Assembly (NCBI GenBank): GCA_937890005.1
Contig: CALBZA010000026.1
Location: 3,841-67,840, forward strand
Length of the DNA: 64,000 nucleotides
Source of the DNA: an uncultured Verrucomicrobia subdivision 3 bacterium
GTDB lineage: Bacteria; Verrucomicrobiota; Verrucomicrobiia; Limisphaerales; DASXHY01
Reading direction: 5' to 3'
The translations under genes and the position numbers were made by a program. Within the stretch, counting starts at the first letter, position 1. Each line of letters begins with the position of its first letter. Shown one piece after another: positions 46,669 to 56,767 of the stretch. Under the pieces are notes generated by a model, which worked only from the letters and a program-made list of their open reading frames with translations, had not been told where the DNA came from and ran no database searches.

Positions 46669-49600
46669 CTACTTCACAGCCGCAAGTTCAGCATTGAACA
46701 GCTCGCGCGTTTTGGCCTGAAGTTCGGCCAGCTGGATTTCGCCCTTGTCCAGCTTCGCCAGCAGCGATTTCTGCGCGAAATAATCCTTGTTCACCACGCC
46801 CGCCTTGCTCTGAAGCATGCGCCACGATTTGCGGCGTTCAACCGCGAACAACACCATCTGGCGCGACACCGCGAAGTATTTCATCTTCCCGTTAATCTCC
46901 GCCTTGATGTAAACGCCGAAGTTCGGGACGTAGCTGCGATGTGACGGATTGAACACGCGACGATTGATCACGTCGTCCTGCGTGATGAAGACCAGCATGT
47001 CGTCGAGATGAATCATCTCGGAGATGTCCTCCTCCTTGATCGCCTTGATGTGCTTGCGGAAGCGCGCCTCGGTCAACGCCCAGTGCGCCACCGTGTAATT
47101 GTATTCCTCGCCAGTGCTTGCATACTTGGTCCGCCACCAGTCGCGTTCCATGGAAGGATTGCCCTTGAGATCGAACGCTTCCTGCGAGGTTTCGCCGCGG
47201 CGCGGATTGAACACGAACTCGGGCATGCCGCGCGCGTCGCGAACGAGCTTCGCCTGATCGGCGCTCATGTTGTCGGGAACGCCATGTTCCGGCTGGCAGG
47301 TGGTGTAGCACTGGAAGAACGCCGTGCCGCGATATTCGAGTCCGTCGAGCATCGCTTTGTAGAGCTTCGCGGCATTCGCCATCGAAACCTGCGCCACGAA
47401 CGGCGAACCGTGACCGCTCGTGAATGCCTCGGCCACATTCTTCTTCTCGATCAACTTGCCCTGCGATGCGACGCCGAACTGGTTCATGTCGTATCCGCCG
47501 AGCATGGTCGAACTGTCGGAGTTCTGGCCGCCGGTGTTCGAATAAACCTGCGTGTCGAGCATCAGCATCTTCACGTTCGGGCGATTCTGCAAGATCACCT
47601 TGGAAACGTTCTGGAAACCGATGTCGCCCAGCGCGCCGTCACCGCCGACCACCCAGACCTTCGGCAACTCGCGAATTTCCTGATCGGTCATGAGTGCGTC
47701 ATCGAGGTGCGTGAGGGTGAAATAACCCGCCTCGGTCATCACATCGTCATCCTGATCCAGCAGCGCGTCGCACAACCGCTCCGGCACCACCGAACGCCGG
47801 GCGTGATTCAGCATCAGCGATTCTCCGAGCAACCAGCTGATCGTCGCACCGTCCTGGAACAGCGAGTTCATCCACGGATACGGATGCGGATTCGATGGCG
47901 GCGTGGAACCATAAACGGTGTTACAACCGGTGCTCGCCCCCATGAACATCACGCTCATGCCGTTGGCGTGCCGGCCATCCACAGCCTGCAGGTCGCGATG
48001 ATTGAATGCATCCTGACGCATCACCGCGGCGATGCCCTTCACGATCTGTTCGTCCGTGATAACGCCATGCTTTGATTCGTAGGCAGCGATTCGTTTCGTG
48101 GTGTCGGCGTCGTTCTCGCCGCCGAGCTGCATGACGGTGTGAAGCACCGCGCGGCGGAAGAGCTGGTATTCCTTCTCATCGCGCTGCTTCAACGCCTGAA
48201 GCTTCGCAACACCTTCGTTCTCCAGCTTCGTCGCCTTGCCGCGGAGGCGATCGGCCTTTCGATGATAGATCGGCCGCATGTAGGCCTCGGTGACTGAAGC
48301 CAGCGCGCGGAGAATGCTCTTCTCGCCACAGCCGGCACACGCGCCGTCACCACTGACCAGCGCCTCGTAATTCCGGCGAACCATCAGGTGATTGCGCAGA
48401 GCCGCTTCGCGCGAATTCGCAGCGTCAGCATCATTGTAAAGGCCAAGGAACTTCTGCGGCGTGTCCGGCAGCAGCCGCGAGAAAATCTGCGCCGTGGTGA
48501 GATGCGAATTCAGATCCTCGGTTTCAGCCGTCATGCGCAACGCATCGTGATCGCCGCACACCTGCACGCATTCGCCACAGCCTTTGCAAAGATCGGAGAC
48601 GTAGATCGAGAACAGGCCGCCGGCACCGGGCGTTTTCTGTTCGAGCGAACGGAAGATTGCCGGAACATTCGAGTAGGCGAGCGGCAGCTTGTCGATGATG
48701 CCGGTGAACTCGGCCTTGGTCTTTTCGCTGATGTTCGAAAGCTTGCCGACTTCCTCACGAATGATGTCCTTGAACGGCAGCTTGGCGCGCGTCTTCACCG
48801 CCTCGTTCATCTTCACCCGCGCGCGTTCCTCCACGCCTTTCAGCTCGGCAATCAGTTTCGGACGTTCAACGGGGTCGGTGACGTAATAATGGGCCGCCGT
48901 CTTCAGCACGGTTGAAACTTCCTGCGCCATGTTGGGCAACGCGGTGTCCGGGCAGGCCGTGATGCACTCCATGCATTGCGTGCAGTTCTCGGCGATATAA
49001 ACCGGCGTCTCGCGACGGGCGACGTACTTCGATTGCGTCGCACCACTGCCTGCCCCCATCACGCCAAGCGATGCCAGCGCACCAGCCGGCTGGTGGTAGC
49101 CCAGTCCACTGCGGAACTCGGAATCGAACTTTCCAAGTGTCTGAAATGCGTAACGGGGCGTCTGTTCCGCGGGCGTTGGAAGACCGCCACCACAGGCGGA
49201 GCCGCATCCAGCGGTGGGAATCAACGGCACGCCGCCCACCGGTTTGATTGGCGGATTGCGCATCGACGAACGATCGGGATCGCTGAACTCGCCATACTTG
49301 ATTTCCTGGCAGCGCGAGAATCCCTGCTCCATCACCGTCATGTTCGACGCCACCACATCTTCGCCGAATCGTCCGAACTTCTTTTGATACTGTTTCTTCA
49401 CCGTCGCGAGAAATGTCTCGTCGGAGATGCCGTTGTTCTTCAAAAACGGCGACACGCGGAAGAACGCGCCGAGGAACGAATTGCCCTGCATGCGGAGCTG
49501 CAACTCGGCCTTGCTGGTGGCTTTCTTCGCGATGTCGAATCCGGGCAGGATGTAAACGCGAATATTGTTTTCGGTGACGAACTTCCTGTGCTGCGCCGGA

Positions 49601-51417
49601 ATGCGCTGCCACGCGGTTTCGGGCGTCTCACTCGATTCCCAGACGAGACAGCCGCCCTTCTTGATGCCTTCCAGCGGATTCGTGTGCGTGAATGCCTTTG
49701 GATCGCAGCAGAGCACGACATCGACGTGATTCAACTCGCAGTTCACCTTGATGCGTTCGGGAGCGACGGTGAGATAATAATTCGTCGGCGCACCCTTCTT
49801 TTCCGATCCGTATTTCGGGTTCGCCATCACGAACAGCTTCTCCTTGAGGCGTCCGTCCGCGTCGTATTCCGGATTCTGGTGCGAAATCAATTCGCCGAAT
49901 TCGCCAATGATCTCGCCGAGGTTTTTACCGGTCGTGATCATTCCCCACCCGCCGATCGAGTGAAAGCGAACCGCAATCGACTTGTCCGGCAGCAACGACG
50001 GCGTGTCTTTTGAAATCACCGCGTAAGGATGATCGATGCCGAGCGTGAAATAAGTTTCGCCGTCCGTCGAGCCTTTGCCGTCCTTGCGACGCGTCTGACC
50101 GGTCACAAACTCGTAAGCGCCCAGAATGTGTTCCGGCCGGAAATCGCGCGAGCCGATGCCATACGAACCTCTGAACAGGCGCGGCGTTTCTTCCGGCTTC
50201 AATCCCGGCAAGGTTCCGCCAAACTTCACAACCTCATTCGCCTTGCCCAGCGCCACACGAATATCGCGCGCGAGCGGATTGTCGCCCGCGAGACCTTCGT
50301 CCGTGCGTTCGAGAATGATGACATTCTTCTTGCCGCGCAGGGCATTGATCACGGCTGCTTCAGGGAACGGACGGATCACATTGATGTGAATCGAGCCCAC
50401 CTTTGCGTTGCGCTGGTCGCGCAGGTAATCGCATGCGGCCTCGATGTTGTCCGCCGCGCAACCAAGCGACACAAACACCGTGTCGGCATCGTCGCACTTG
50501 TATTGGATGAGCAGGCCGTAACGACGTCCGGTGAGCTTTCCGAACTCTTCATACGCCGCTTCAAGCATCGGCAGGATGTGCTCGTTGAAATTGTTCCGGC
50601 GAGCGACCACGCCGTTCATGTGATGTTCCTGGTTCTGCACCGGGCCGAGAAGAACCGGATTTTTCAGGTCCATCATTTCAGGCACACGCCGGCGTTTCGG
50701 TCCGAACAACTCGCGCTGGGCGGGCGTCGGGCAGTCGATTATGTCATCGACCGCGCCGAGAAATTCCCGGAGCAACTCCGCTTCAGGCGCGAAGTAGGTC
50801 CGTTCGGAATGGGTGGTGAGCATGCCGTCCTGAATGTTCATTCCCGGGTTGAGCGACAGCTCGTTCACCTTGCGGAGAATGATGGCCTGGTCGGCCGCCT
50901 GTTGTGCGTCCTTGCCCATCAACATCGTCCAGCCGGTGTCGAGCGCGGCATAGAAGTCGTCATGTCCGCAATGAACGTTCAACGCATGTTTCGTGAGCGC
51001 ACGCGCACCGACTTCGAGCACCATCGTGGAGAGCTTGCCCGGCGCATGATAATACTGCTCCATCGCGTAAACGATTCCCTGTCCGGAGGTGAAGTTCACT
51101 GTGCGCTTGCCGCTGACCGCGAATGCCGTCGCGCCGCCCTGGGCTGCGTGTTCACCTTCCGTTTCGACCGCGATCTTCGACTGCCCCCAGACATTCAGCT
51201 CACCCTGCGCGTAGGAACCCTGGTAGAGTTCGCCGCCTTCCGTCGAGGGTGTGATCGGATAAAACACGCCGCCTTCGGTGATGCGGGTTTCCACATGCTG
51301 GGCAACCAGTTGGTTGCCGTTGCAGGTGACGCGGACGCCGGGGTATTTGGGCGCACCGCTGCCGTTGTGATGCGACGTGTGAGGGATGCCTGATGGCGTG
51401 GAAGTAGGCTGATTCAT
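46669..51417 (-). CDS. pyruvate/2-oxoacid:ferredoxin oxidoreductase, single-polypeptide, extended (1582 aa)
   Basis: The N-terminal pyrimidine-binding domain has GNQLVAQHV...YPITPSTEGGE. There are two 4Fe-4S motifs, CTQCMECITACP and CKGCGECVQVCG. The TPP motif is GGDGALGDIGFQN. Confidence 0.9.
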   Translation of the reverse strand: MNQPTSTPSGIPHTSHHNGSGAPKYPGVRVTCNGNQLVAQHVETRITEGGVFYPITPSTEGGELYQGSYAQGELNVWGQSKIAVETEGEHAAQGGATAFAVSGKRTVNFTSGQGIVYAMEQYYHAPGKLSTMVLEVGARALTKHALNVHCGHDDFYAALDTGWTMLMGKDAQQAADQAIILRKVNELSLNPGMNIQDGMLTTHSERTYFAPEAELLREFLGAVDDIIDCPTPAQRELFGPKRRRVPEMMDLKNPVLLGPVQNQEHHMNGVVARRNNFNEHILPMLEAAYEEFGKLTGRRYGLLIQYKCDDADTVFVSLGCAADNIEAACDYLRDQRNAKVGSIHINVIRPFPEAAVINALRGKKNVIILERTDEGLAGDNPLARDIRVALGKANEVVKFGGTLPGLKPEETPRLFRGSYGIGSRDFRPEHILGAYEFVTGQTRRKDGKGSTDGETYFTLGIDHPYAVISKDTPSLLPDKSIAVRFHSIGGWGMITTGKNLGEIIGEFGELISHQNPEYDADGRLKEKLFVMANPKYGSEKKGAPTNYYLTVAPERIKVNCELNHVDVVLCCDPKAFTHTNPLEGIKKGGCLVWESSETPETAWQRIPAQHRKFVTENNIRVYILPGFDIAKKATSKAELQLRMQGNSFLGAFFRVSPFLKNNGISDETFLATVKKQYQKKFGRFGEDVVASNMTVMEQGFSRCQEIKYGEFSDPDRSSMRNPPIKPVGGVPLIPTAGCGSACGGGLPTPAEQTPRYAFQTLGKFDSEFRSGLGYHQPAGALASLGVMGAGSGATQSKYVARRETPVYIAENCTQCMECITACPDTALPNMAQEVSTVLKTAAHYYVTDPVERPKLIAELKGVEERARVKMNEAVKTRAKLPFKDIIREEVGKLSNISEKTKAEFTGIIDKLPLAYSNVPAIFRSLEQKTPGAGGLFSIYVSDLCKGCGECVQVCGDHDALRMTAETEDLNSHLTTAQIFSRLLPDTPQKFLGLYNDADAANSREAALRNHLMVRRNYEALVSGDGACAGCGEKSILRALASVTEAYMRPIYHRKADRLRGKATKLENEGVAKLQALKQRDEKEYQLFRRAVLHTVMQLGGENDADTTKRIAAYESKHGVITDEQIVKGIAAVMRQDAFNHRDLQAVDGRHANGMSVMFMGASTGCNTVYGSTPPSNPHPYPWMNSLFQDGATISWLLGESLMLNHARRSVVPERLCDALLDQDDDVMTEAGYFTLTHLDDALMTDQEIRELPKVWVVGGDGALGDIGFQNVSKVILQNRPNVKMLMLDTQVYSNTGGQNSDSSTMLGGYDMNQFGVASQGKLIEKKNVAEAFTSGHGSPFVAQVSMANAAKLYKAMLDGLEYRGTAFFQCYTTCQPEHGVPDNMSADQAKLVRDARGMPEFVFNPRRGETSQEAFDLKGNPSMERDWWRTKYASTGEEYNYTVAHWALTEARFRKHIKAIKEEDISEMIHLDDMLVFITQDDVINRRVFNPSHRSYVPNFGVYIKAEINGKMKYFAVSRQMVLFAVERRKSWRMLQSKAGVVNKDYFAQKSLLAKLDKGEIQLAELQAKTRELFNAELAAVK

Positions 51418-51773
51418 ATTTAATCCAAGTTAAATTGAATCGACCCGGCACGTTCCAACTCACAAGGAGTTCCGGGCCGAATGCTGAGCGTGGGCAGAGC
51501 ATAAGCCCCGACATGGATGGTGACAAAAGGAAAAATCCGGAATTGCATCACCCGGTCTCATACGGGTCTTCGTCTTCAGGAGAAAAGTTGTGAAGCAAGA
51601 ACGAGACTGGCGACCGGGAAAAAACGAGTTTGGGCATCAAAAGATCACTCCACATTTTCAAGCGAATAATTTTCCGTCCGAAAGTTTTACTTCTGGCAAA
51701 CCTGTTCAAGCCCATGCACGGTAAAGCGTGCCGCGGACCGGACATTTTTTTCGCGGGCAAAGTGCAGTTGATC

Positions 51774-52418
51774 ATGTTGAAGCAGTTGTTACCTGAGCAG
51801 GGCGAGCCCGCCGATTGGCTGGGCAGCTGGCATCCGCTCGCCGAGCAGTTGGGCTCGACGAACGGTCTTGCTGCGCTCAAGGAGGTCTCGCTTTCGATGC
51901 AGGTGCCGATTGTCGATGATCTCCAGTCGCTCCGGCGTTTTCTCGAAAGTTATCTGCTCCAGATTCTCCTGCCTCACGAACTGCCGGCCATTCAACGCGC
52001 ATTCGATCACACGGCGCGCCATGAAGTTCGCGAGCTGTTTGAATTCGATCGTCAGCTCGCCGACGAGCCGGTGCTGAAGGCCTTTGCCGAAGCGAGCCGC
52101 CGTGTCGGACAGACGGAACTGCTCAAGCTGCGCCCGCTCCGAGACGAGCGGATCATCCGCCGATATCTCGAAGCCGTGGATAAAAAGGAGGCCAATGCGT
52201 GGCACACGTTGGTGTATGGCCTGACGCTGGCTCTCTATTCCATGCCGCTGCGACAGGGACTTCTGGGCTACGGTTATCAGACCACCCGAGGTTTCATTTA
52301 CGCCGCGGCCCGTCCGCTTCAACTTTCCGAACTTCAATGCCGCAACCTTCTCGATGAACTCTGCGGCAACCTGCCGAAAACGGTCGAAGCTCTGATCGCC
52401 CAACGCGTCGCAGCGTGA
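51774..52418 (+). CDS. hypothetical protein with weak UreF-like resemblance
   Basis: The helical protein contains WHTLVYGLTLALYSMPLRQGLLGYGYQTTRGFIYAAARPLQLSELQ, which resembles the UreF C-terminal pattern. The start is uncertain; the track ORF begins at TTG 51630. Confidence 0.35.
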   Translation: MLKQLLPEQGEPADWLGSWHPLAEQLGSTNGLAALKEVSLSMQVPIVDDLQSLRRFLESYLLQILLPHELPAIQRAFDHTARHEVRELFEFDRQLADEPVLKAFAEASRRVGQTELLKLRPLRDERIIRRYLEAVDKKEANAWHTLVYGLTLALYSMPLRQGLLGYGYQTTRGFIYAAARPLQLSELQCRNLLDELCGNLPKTVEALIAQRVAA

Positions 52419-52533
52419 CGAGGGCTCGATCACACAATTAACCGTTCGATTTTCCATCCCAACTTTGAGCGGAAATTAAAGTTGGAAGTCTATTCCTGAA
52501 CGTCCAGATTCACACAAAACCGAAAGGACCCTT

Positions 52534-53334
52534 ATGCCACCAATGCACGAAATCGATTACAAGATCTACGGCAACGAAATGCAGTTCGTTGAAATTGAAC
52601 TCGACCCAATGGAAGCTGCGGTTGCTGAAGCCGGCGCCATGATGTTCATGGACGATGGCATCCAGATGGAAACCATTTTCGGCGACGGATCGCAGAAGAA
52701 CACCGGCTTCCTCGGATCGGTTCTCGGCGCCGGCAAACGCCTGCTCACAGGTGAATCGCTGTTCATGACCGTTTTCCAGAACCGCGGCAACGACAAGCGT
52801 CGCGTCGCGTTCGGTGCTCCCTATCCGGGAAAGATCATTCCGCTTCACCTCGGCGATCTCGGCGGTGAAGTGCTCGCACAAAAGGATTCGTTCCTGTGCG
52901 CAGCGAAAGGTGTGAGCGTCGGAATCGCCTTCACGAAAAAATTCGGCGCCGGCCTGTTCGGCGGTGAAGGTTTCATCCTCCAGCGCCTTCAGGGTGACGG
53001 ACTCGCTTTCATTCACGCGGGCGGCACCATTTACGAACGCGACCTCGGCATGGGCGAAATGCTGCGCGTGGACACCGGCTGTATCGTCGGATTCCAGCCC
53101 ACCGTCGATTACGACATCCAGATGGTCGGCGGAATCAAGACCGCGTTCTTCGGCGGCGAAGGTCTCTTCTTCGCAACGTTGCGTGGACCAGGACGCATCT
53201 GGCTGCAATCGCTGCCACTCAGCCGACTTGCCGGCCGCATCACGGCCGCATCGCCGCAAACCGGACGCGGCGGACGCGGCGAAGGCTCGATTCTTGGCGG
53301 CCTCGGCGGCTTGCTGGATGGCGACAACGACTGA
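52534..53334 (+). CDS. TIGR00266/AIM24 (DUF124) family protein
   Basis: [17 protein letters not shown]..., GESLFMT..., [22 protein letters not shown] and [21 protein letters not shown]. Confidence 0.85.
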   Translation: MPPMHEIDYKIYGNEMQFVEIELDPMEAAVAEAGAMMFMDDGIQMETIFGDGSQKNTGFLGSVLGAGKRLLTGESLFMTVFQNRGNDKRRVAFGAPYPGKIIPLHLGDLGGEVLAQKDSFLCAAKGVSVGIAFTKKFGAGLFGGEGFILQRLQGDGLAFIHAGGTIYERDLGMGEMLRVDTGCIVGFQPTVDYDIQMVGGIKTAFFGGEGLFFATLRGPGRIWLQSLPLSRLAGRITAASPQTGRGGRGEGSILGGLGGLLDGDND

Positions 53335-53362
53335 TTCCGCATCACGGCACCTTTGAATCATG

Positions 53363-53394
53363 GGCCGCGCTCGATCAGCGCGGCCTTCTTTTTT
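53363..53394 (+). terminator. rho-independent terminator (GGCCGCGCT-CGATC-AGCGCGGCC-TTCTTTTTT)
   Basis: 9-bp stem plus a T-run. Confidence 0.8.
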
Positions 53395-53445
53395 GCGCCA
53401 GCTGCTTTCCTTGCCGGTCATTTTTCGTGCTGCTAGCTTCCGCGC

Positions 53446-54384
53446 ATGGTGGAAGCCCGAAAACTCATTCCGCTGCTGCTGCTGGCAGCCGGAACTCTTC
53501 TCTGCTCCTGCGACCGCACTTCGCAGCCCAGCTCAGTCTCCGGCACGATTGAAGTCGATGAAGTTCGGGTCGCCTCCCGCTACGGCGGCCGCGTCAAAAC
53601 ACTTGCTGTTCAGGAAGGCGATTCGCTGAAACCGGGACAGCTCATTGCCACGCTCGATGCCGCGGAGCTGCGGGCTCGACGGGATCAAGCCGCTGCACAG
53701 CTTTCCGAACTCGAAGCCGGTCCGCGTCGCGAAGAAATCGCCGCCGCAAAAGCAGAATGGGAAGCACAGGCCGCCCAGTTGGAATTCGCACGCGCCAACG
53801 CCCGCCGCGCCGAGGAACTTTTTGCCGCAAAAACCATTTCCGTCACTGAACGCGATCAGGCGGTCACCCAGGCAAATTCTCTTGAGAAGAATGTCGCCGC
53901 GGCAAAAAGCCGTTACGAACTGCTGCTCGCCGGAACGCGTCCGGAACAGATCGCGCAAGCCCGCGCCCTGCTCGCTCAATACGACGCTGAGTTGAGCGAA
54001 ATGCAGATTGTCGCACCGACCAATTCCGTGTTGGAAATTCTGAGCGTCCGCGTCGGGGATGTGCTCGCGCCGAATCAACAGATTGCAACATTGCTGCTCC
54101 CGGATCACATCTGGGTTCGCGTCTTCGTGCCGGAACCCTGGCTCGGACACATCAAAGTCGGCGATTCAGTGAAAGTGCACGTCGATGCCTTCGCGGACCG
54201 TGAGTTTTCCGGCGTTGTGGAACAAATCGGCCGCCAGGCGGAATTCACGCCGCGAAACGTGCAAACGGTGGAGGAACGCATCAAGCAAGTGTTCGGCGTA
54301 AAAGTCCGACTCGACAATTCCAGCAACGATCTCCGTGCCGGCATGTCAGCGGACGTGTCGTTTGAGCATTTGCGATCCAATTGA
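53446..54384 (+). CDS. HlyD-family membrane fusion protein
   Basis: N-terminal anchor, a barrel-sandwich segment (GTIEVDEVRVASRYGGRV), a long coiled coil, and a C-terminal beta domain. Confidence 0.85.
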   Translation: MVEARKLIPLLLLAAGTLLCSCDRTSQPSSVSGTIEVDEVRVASRYGGRVKTLAVQEGDSLKPGQLIATLDAAELRARRDQAAAQLSELEAGPRREEIAAAKAEWEAQAAQLEFARANARRAEELFAAKTISVTERDQAVTQANSLEKNVAAAKSRYELLLAGTRPEQIAQARALLAQYDAELSEMQIVAPTNSVLEILSVRVGDVLAPNQQIATLLLPDHIWVRVFVPEPWLGHIKVGDSVKVHVDAFADREFSGVVEQIGRQAEFTPRNVQTVEERIKQVFGVKVRLDNSSNDLRAGMSADVSFEHLRSN

Positions 54385-54518
54385 ATGAGGAAGGACATGA
54401 ACCATGACTTCTGACGACCGCCCGTTTTCCAACTCTGGGAATTCCGCGGCTCCTCGAGCCGCCGCCAGTGTCATAGCACCCACCCATCACAACCAATCGC
54501 GCTGACACCGATCTTTTC

Positions 54519-55454
54519 ATGCCCGCCGAACCGATGATCTCCTGCGAAAACCTGACCAAACGGTTTGGGCATTTCACCGCGGTCGATCACGTGAGCCTGA
54601 ACATTTCCAAAGGCTCGATCTTTGGATTTCTCGGGCCAAACGGGTCGGGAAAATCAACGATGATTCGAATGCTCTGCGGATTGCTGGAGCCGAGCGAGGG
54701 TTCGGCGCAAATCGGCGGATTCGATGTCGCAAAGGAACCGGCCGGGCTCAAGCGGTTGATCGGTTACATGTCGCAAAAGTTCTCGCTCTACGACGAACTG
54801 ACCGTCCACGAAAACTTGCAATTCTACGGCAGACTCTATGGTTTGCATGGCAGCGCGCTCAACGGTCGGAAGGATGAACTCGTGGAGCTCACGCATCTCG
54901 AACCTTACATGAATCGCCGCGCTGCCCTGCTCTCCGGCGGCTGGCGTCAGCGTCTGGCCATGGCCTGTTCGCTTCTGCACAAACCCTCCGTTCTCTTCCT
55001 GGATGAACCCACGGCCGGCATCGATCCCGTCGCACGCCGTGAGCTCTGGGATCTGTTGTTTGAATTTTCAAGCCACGGCATGACGCTGTTCGTCACAACG
55101 CATTACATGGATGAAGCCGAACGCTGCTCGCACGTCGGCTATATCCACATGTCGAAACTCGTCGTCTGCGGCGTGCCGGATGAACTCAAGTCAATGCCCG
55201 CCGTGACACCGCCCGGCACAAAGCGACTCGACATCACCTGCGAGCATGTGACCACAGGGCTTCAGGCGATGCGCCATTTTCCAGGAGTGCGGACAGCAAC
55301 CGTGTTCGGTCAGTCGATGCATCTTCTCGTGGATGAATCGATGTCCGAGCAATCGATTCGGACGGAACTCAATCGAGTCGGAATTCCACACGCAGACATT
55401 CGTCCGATCGGGCCGTCGTTGGAGGATGTGTTTGTGGCGTTGACCGCGAAATGA
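54519..55454 (+). CDS. ABC transporter ATP-binding protein (ABC-2 type)
   Basis: Walker A GPNGSGKST, signature LSGGWRQRL, and Walker B LFLDEPTAGID. Confidence 0.9.
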   Translation: MPAEPMISCENLTKRFGHFTAVDHVSLNISKGSIFGFLGPNGSGKSTMIRMLCGLLEPSEGSAQIGGFDVAKEPAGLKRLIGYMSQKFSLYDELTVHENLQFYGRLYGLHGSALNGRKDELVELTHLEPYMNRRAALLSGGWRQRLAMACSLLHKPSVLFLDEPTAGIDPVARRELWDLLFEFSSHGMTLFVTTHYMDEAERCSHVGYIHMSKLVVCGVPDELKSMPAVTPPGTKRLDITCEHVTTGLQAMRHFPGVRTATVFGQSMHLLVDESMSEQSIRTELNRVGIPHADIRPIGPSLEDVFVALTAK

Positions 55455-55524
55455 AAGTTTCAAATCCCAAATTCCAAGCTCCAAAGAAGTTTCAAGCTTC
55501 AAGGATCAATGTTGCTGCCTTCCC

Positions 55525-56646
55525 ATGAACTCTCCCTTCCGCGGTTTCACCGCCATCCTCTACAAGGAATTCATCGTGGTGCTCCGCGATCCGGCGACAT
55601 TGTTCTTCATGTTCTTTCCGCCGCTCATCCAGATGATCGCATTCGGTTTCGCCCTGGACATGGACGTGCGGAACCTGCCGATGTTCGTGCTGGATGAGGA
55701 TCGCACGTTGGAAAGCCGCGAAATCGTGAAACGCATGGTGAACACCCAGACGTTCAAATTCGCCGGCGACGTCGGGAGCATCGACGAGCTGGCTCTTTTG
55801 ATGCGGCAGGGAAAGGCTTCGGTCGGTCTTCAGATTCCACCCGGTTTCACGCGCGACATCACCGCGGGAAGACCGGCGCGCGTGCAGCTGATCATCGACG
55901 GCTCCAATTCAACGATTGCCTCGTCCGCGTTGAACACGTCGCTCGGAGTCGCCTTTCGTGAATCGATTCTTCAACTGCTTCCCTCAGCCGGCCGCCGCGA
56001 AATGCCGGTGGAGGTTCGTCCGCAAATTCTCTACAACCCGGCGATGCGCAGTCCGAATTTCTTCGTGCCGGGCGTGATCGGGCTGGTGCTTCAGATTGCA
56101 ACGGTGTTTGCCACATCGATGTCGCTGGTGCGCGAACGCGAACGCGGCACGATTGAACAACTCCTCGTGAGTCCGCTTTCCCGCTGGGGTTTGATGCTCG
56201 GAAAACTCACGCCCTACCTGCTGATCAGCATGATGATGTCCGCAGGCCTGTTCGCCATCATGCGCTGGGTGTTCAACGTGCCGATTGCCGGACCGGTCAC
56301 GGCGCTGATGCTGGCGTCGTTCCTCTACATTTTCGCACTGCTCAGTCTGGGACTTCTGATCTCCACCCGAGCGCAGAACCAGATGCAGGCGCTGCAAATT
56401 TCAATGATGTTCCTTCTGCCGTCCGTGTTCTTCTCGGGCTTCATTTTTCCGCGTGCGACAATGCCGTGGATTTTTCAGGCACTCGGGGCGTGTTTGCCGG
56501 CAACGTATTTCATCGAACTGATGCGGGCGATCATTCTGCGCGGTGCCAGCGTGATCGAGTTCTGGCCGCATCTGGCCATTCTGGCGGGAATGGGCGCGGC
56601 TTTGTTCACGCTCTGCGCGCTGCGATTCAAGCAGAAGATTGCGTGA
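55525..56646 (+). CDS. ABC-2 family permease
   Basis: 373 aa with an N-terminal TM, a large periplasmic loop and five C-terminal TM spans. Follows the ATPase gene. Confidence 0.85.
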   Translation: MNSPFRGFTAILYKEFIVVLRDPATLFFMFFPPLIQMIAFGFALDMDVRNLPMFVLDEDRTLESREIVKRMVNTQTFKFAGDVGSIDELALLMRQGKASVGLQIPPGFTRDITAGRPARVQLIIDGSNSTIASSALNTSLGVAFRESILQLLPSAGRREMPVEVRPQILYNPAMRSPNFFVPGVIGLVLQIATVFATSMSLVRERERGTIEQLLVSPLSRWGLMLGKLTPYLLISMMMSAGLFAIMRWVFNVPIAGPVTALMLASFLYIFALLSLGLLISTRAQNQMQALQISMMFLLPSVFFSGFIFPRATMPWIFQALGACLPATYFIELMRAIILRGASVIEFWPHLAILAGMGAALFTLCALRFKQKIA

Positions 56647-56664
56647 AGATTTTTCCAAAAAGCT

Positions 56665-56740
56665 CGAAGGACGCGAAGGCTTTTAAGAGGTTTAAACAGG
56701 AAAACCCTCAGAAATTCCTTGGCATCCTTCACGTCCTTCG
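56665..56740. repeat. long-range inverted repeat (15-bp arms CGAAGGACGCGAAGG / CCTTCACGTCCTTCG, 1 mismatch, 46-nt spacer)
   Basis: Read directly from the sequence. Lies between convergent genes. Confidence 0.7.
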
Positions 56741-56767
56741 CGTGAGGTCAAACAGAAAGCGTGTGAT

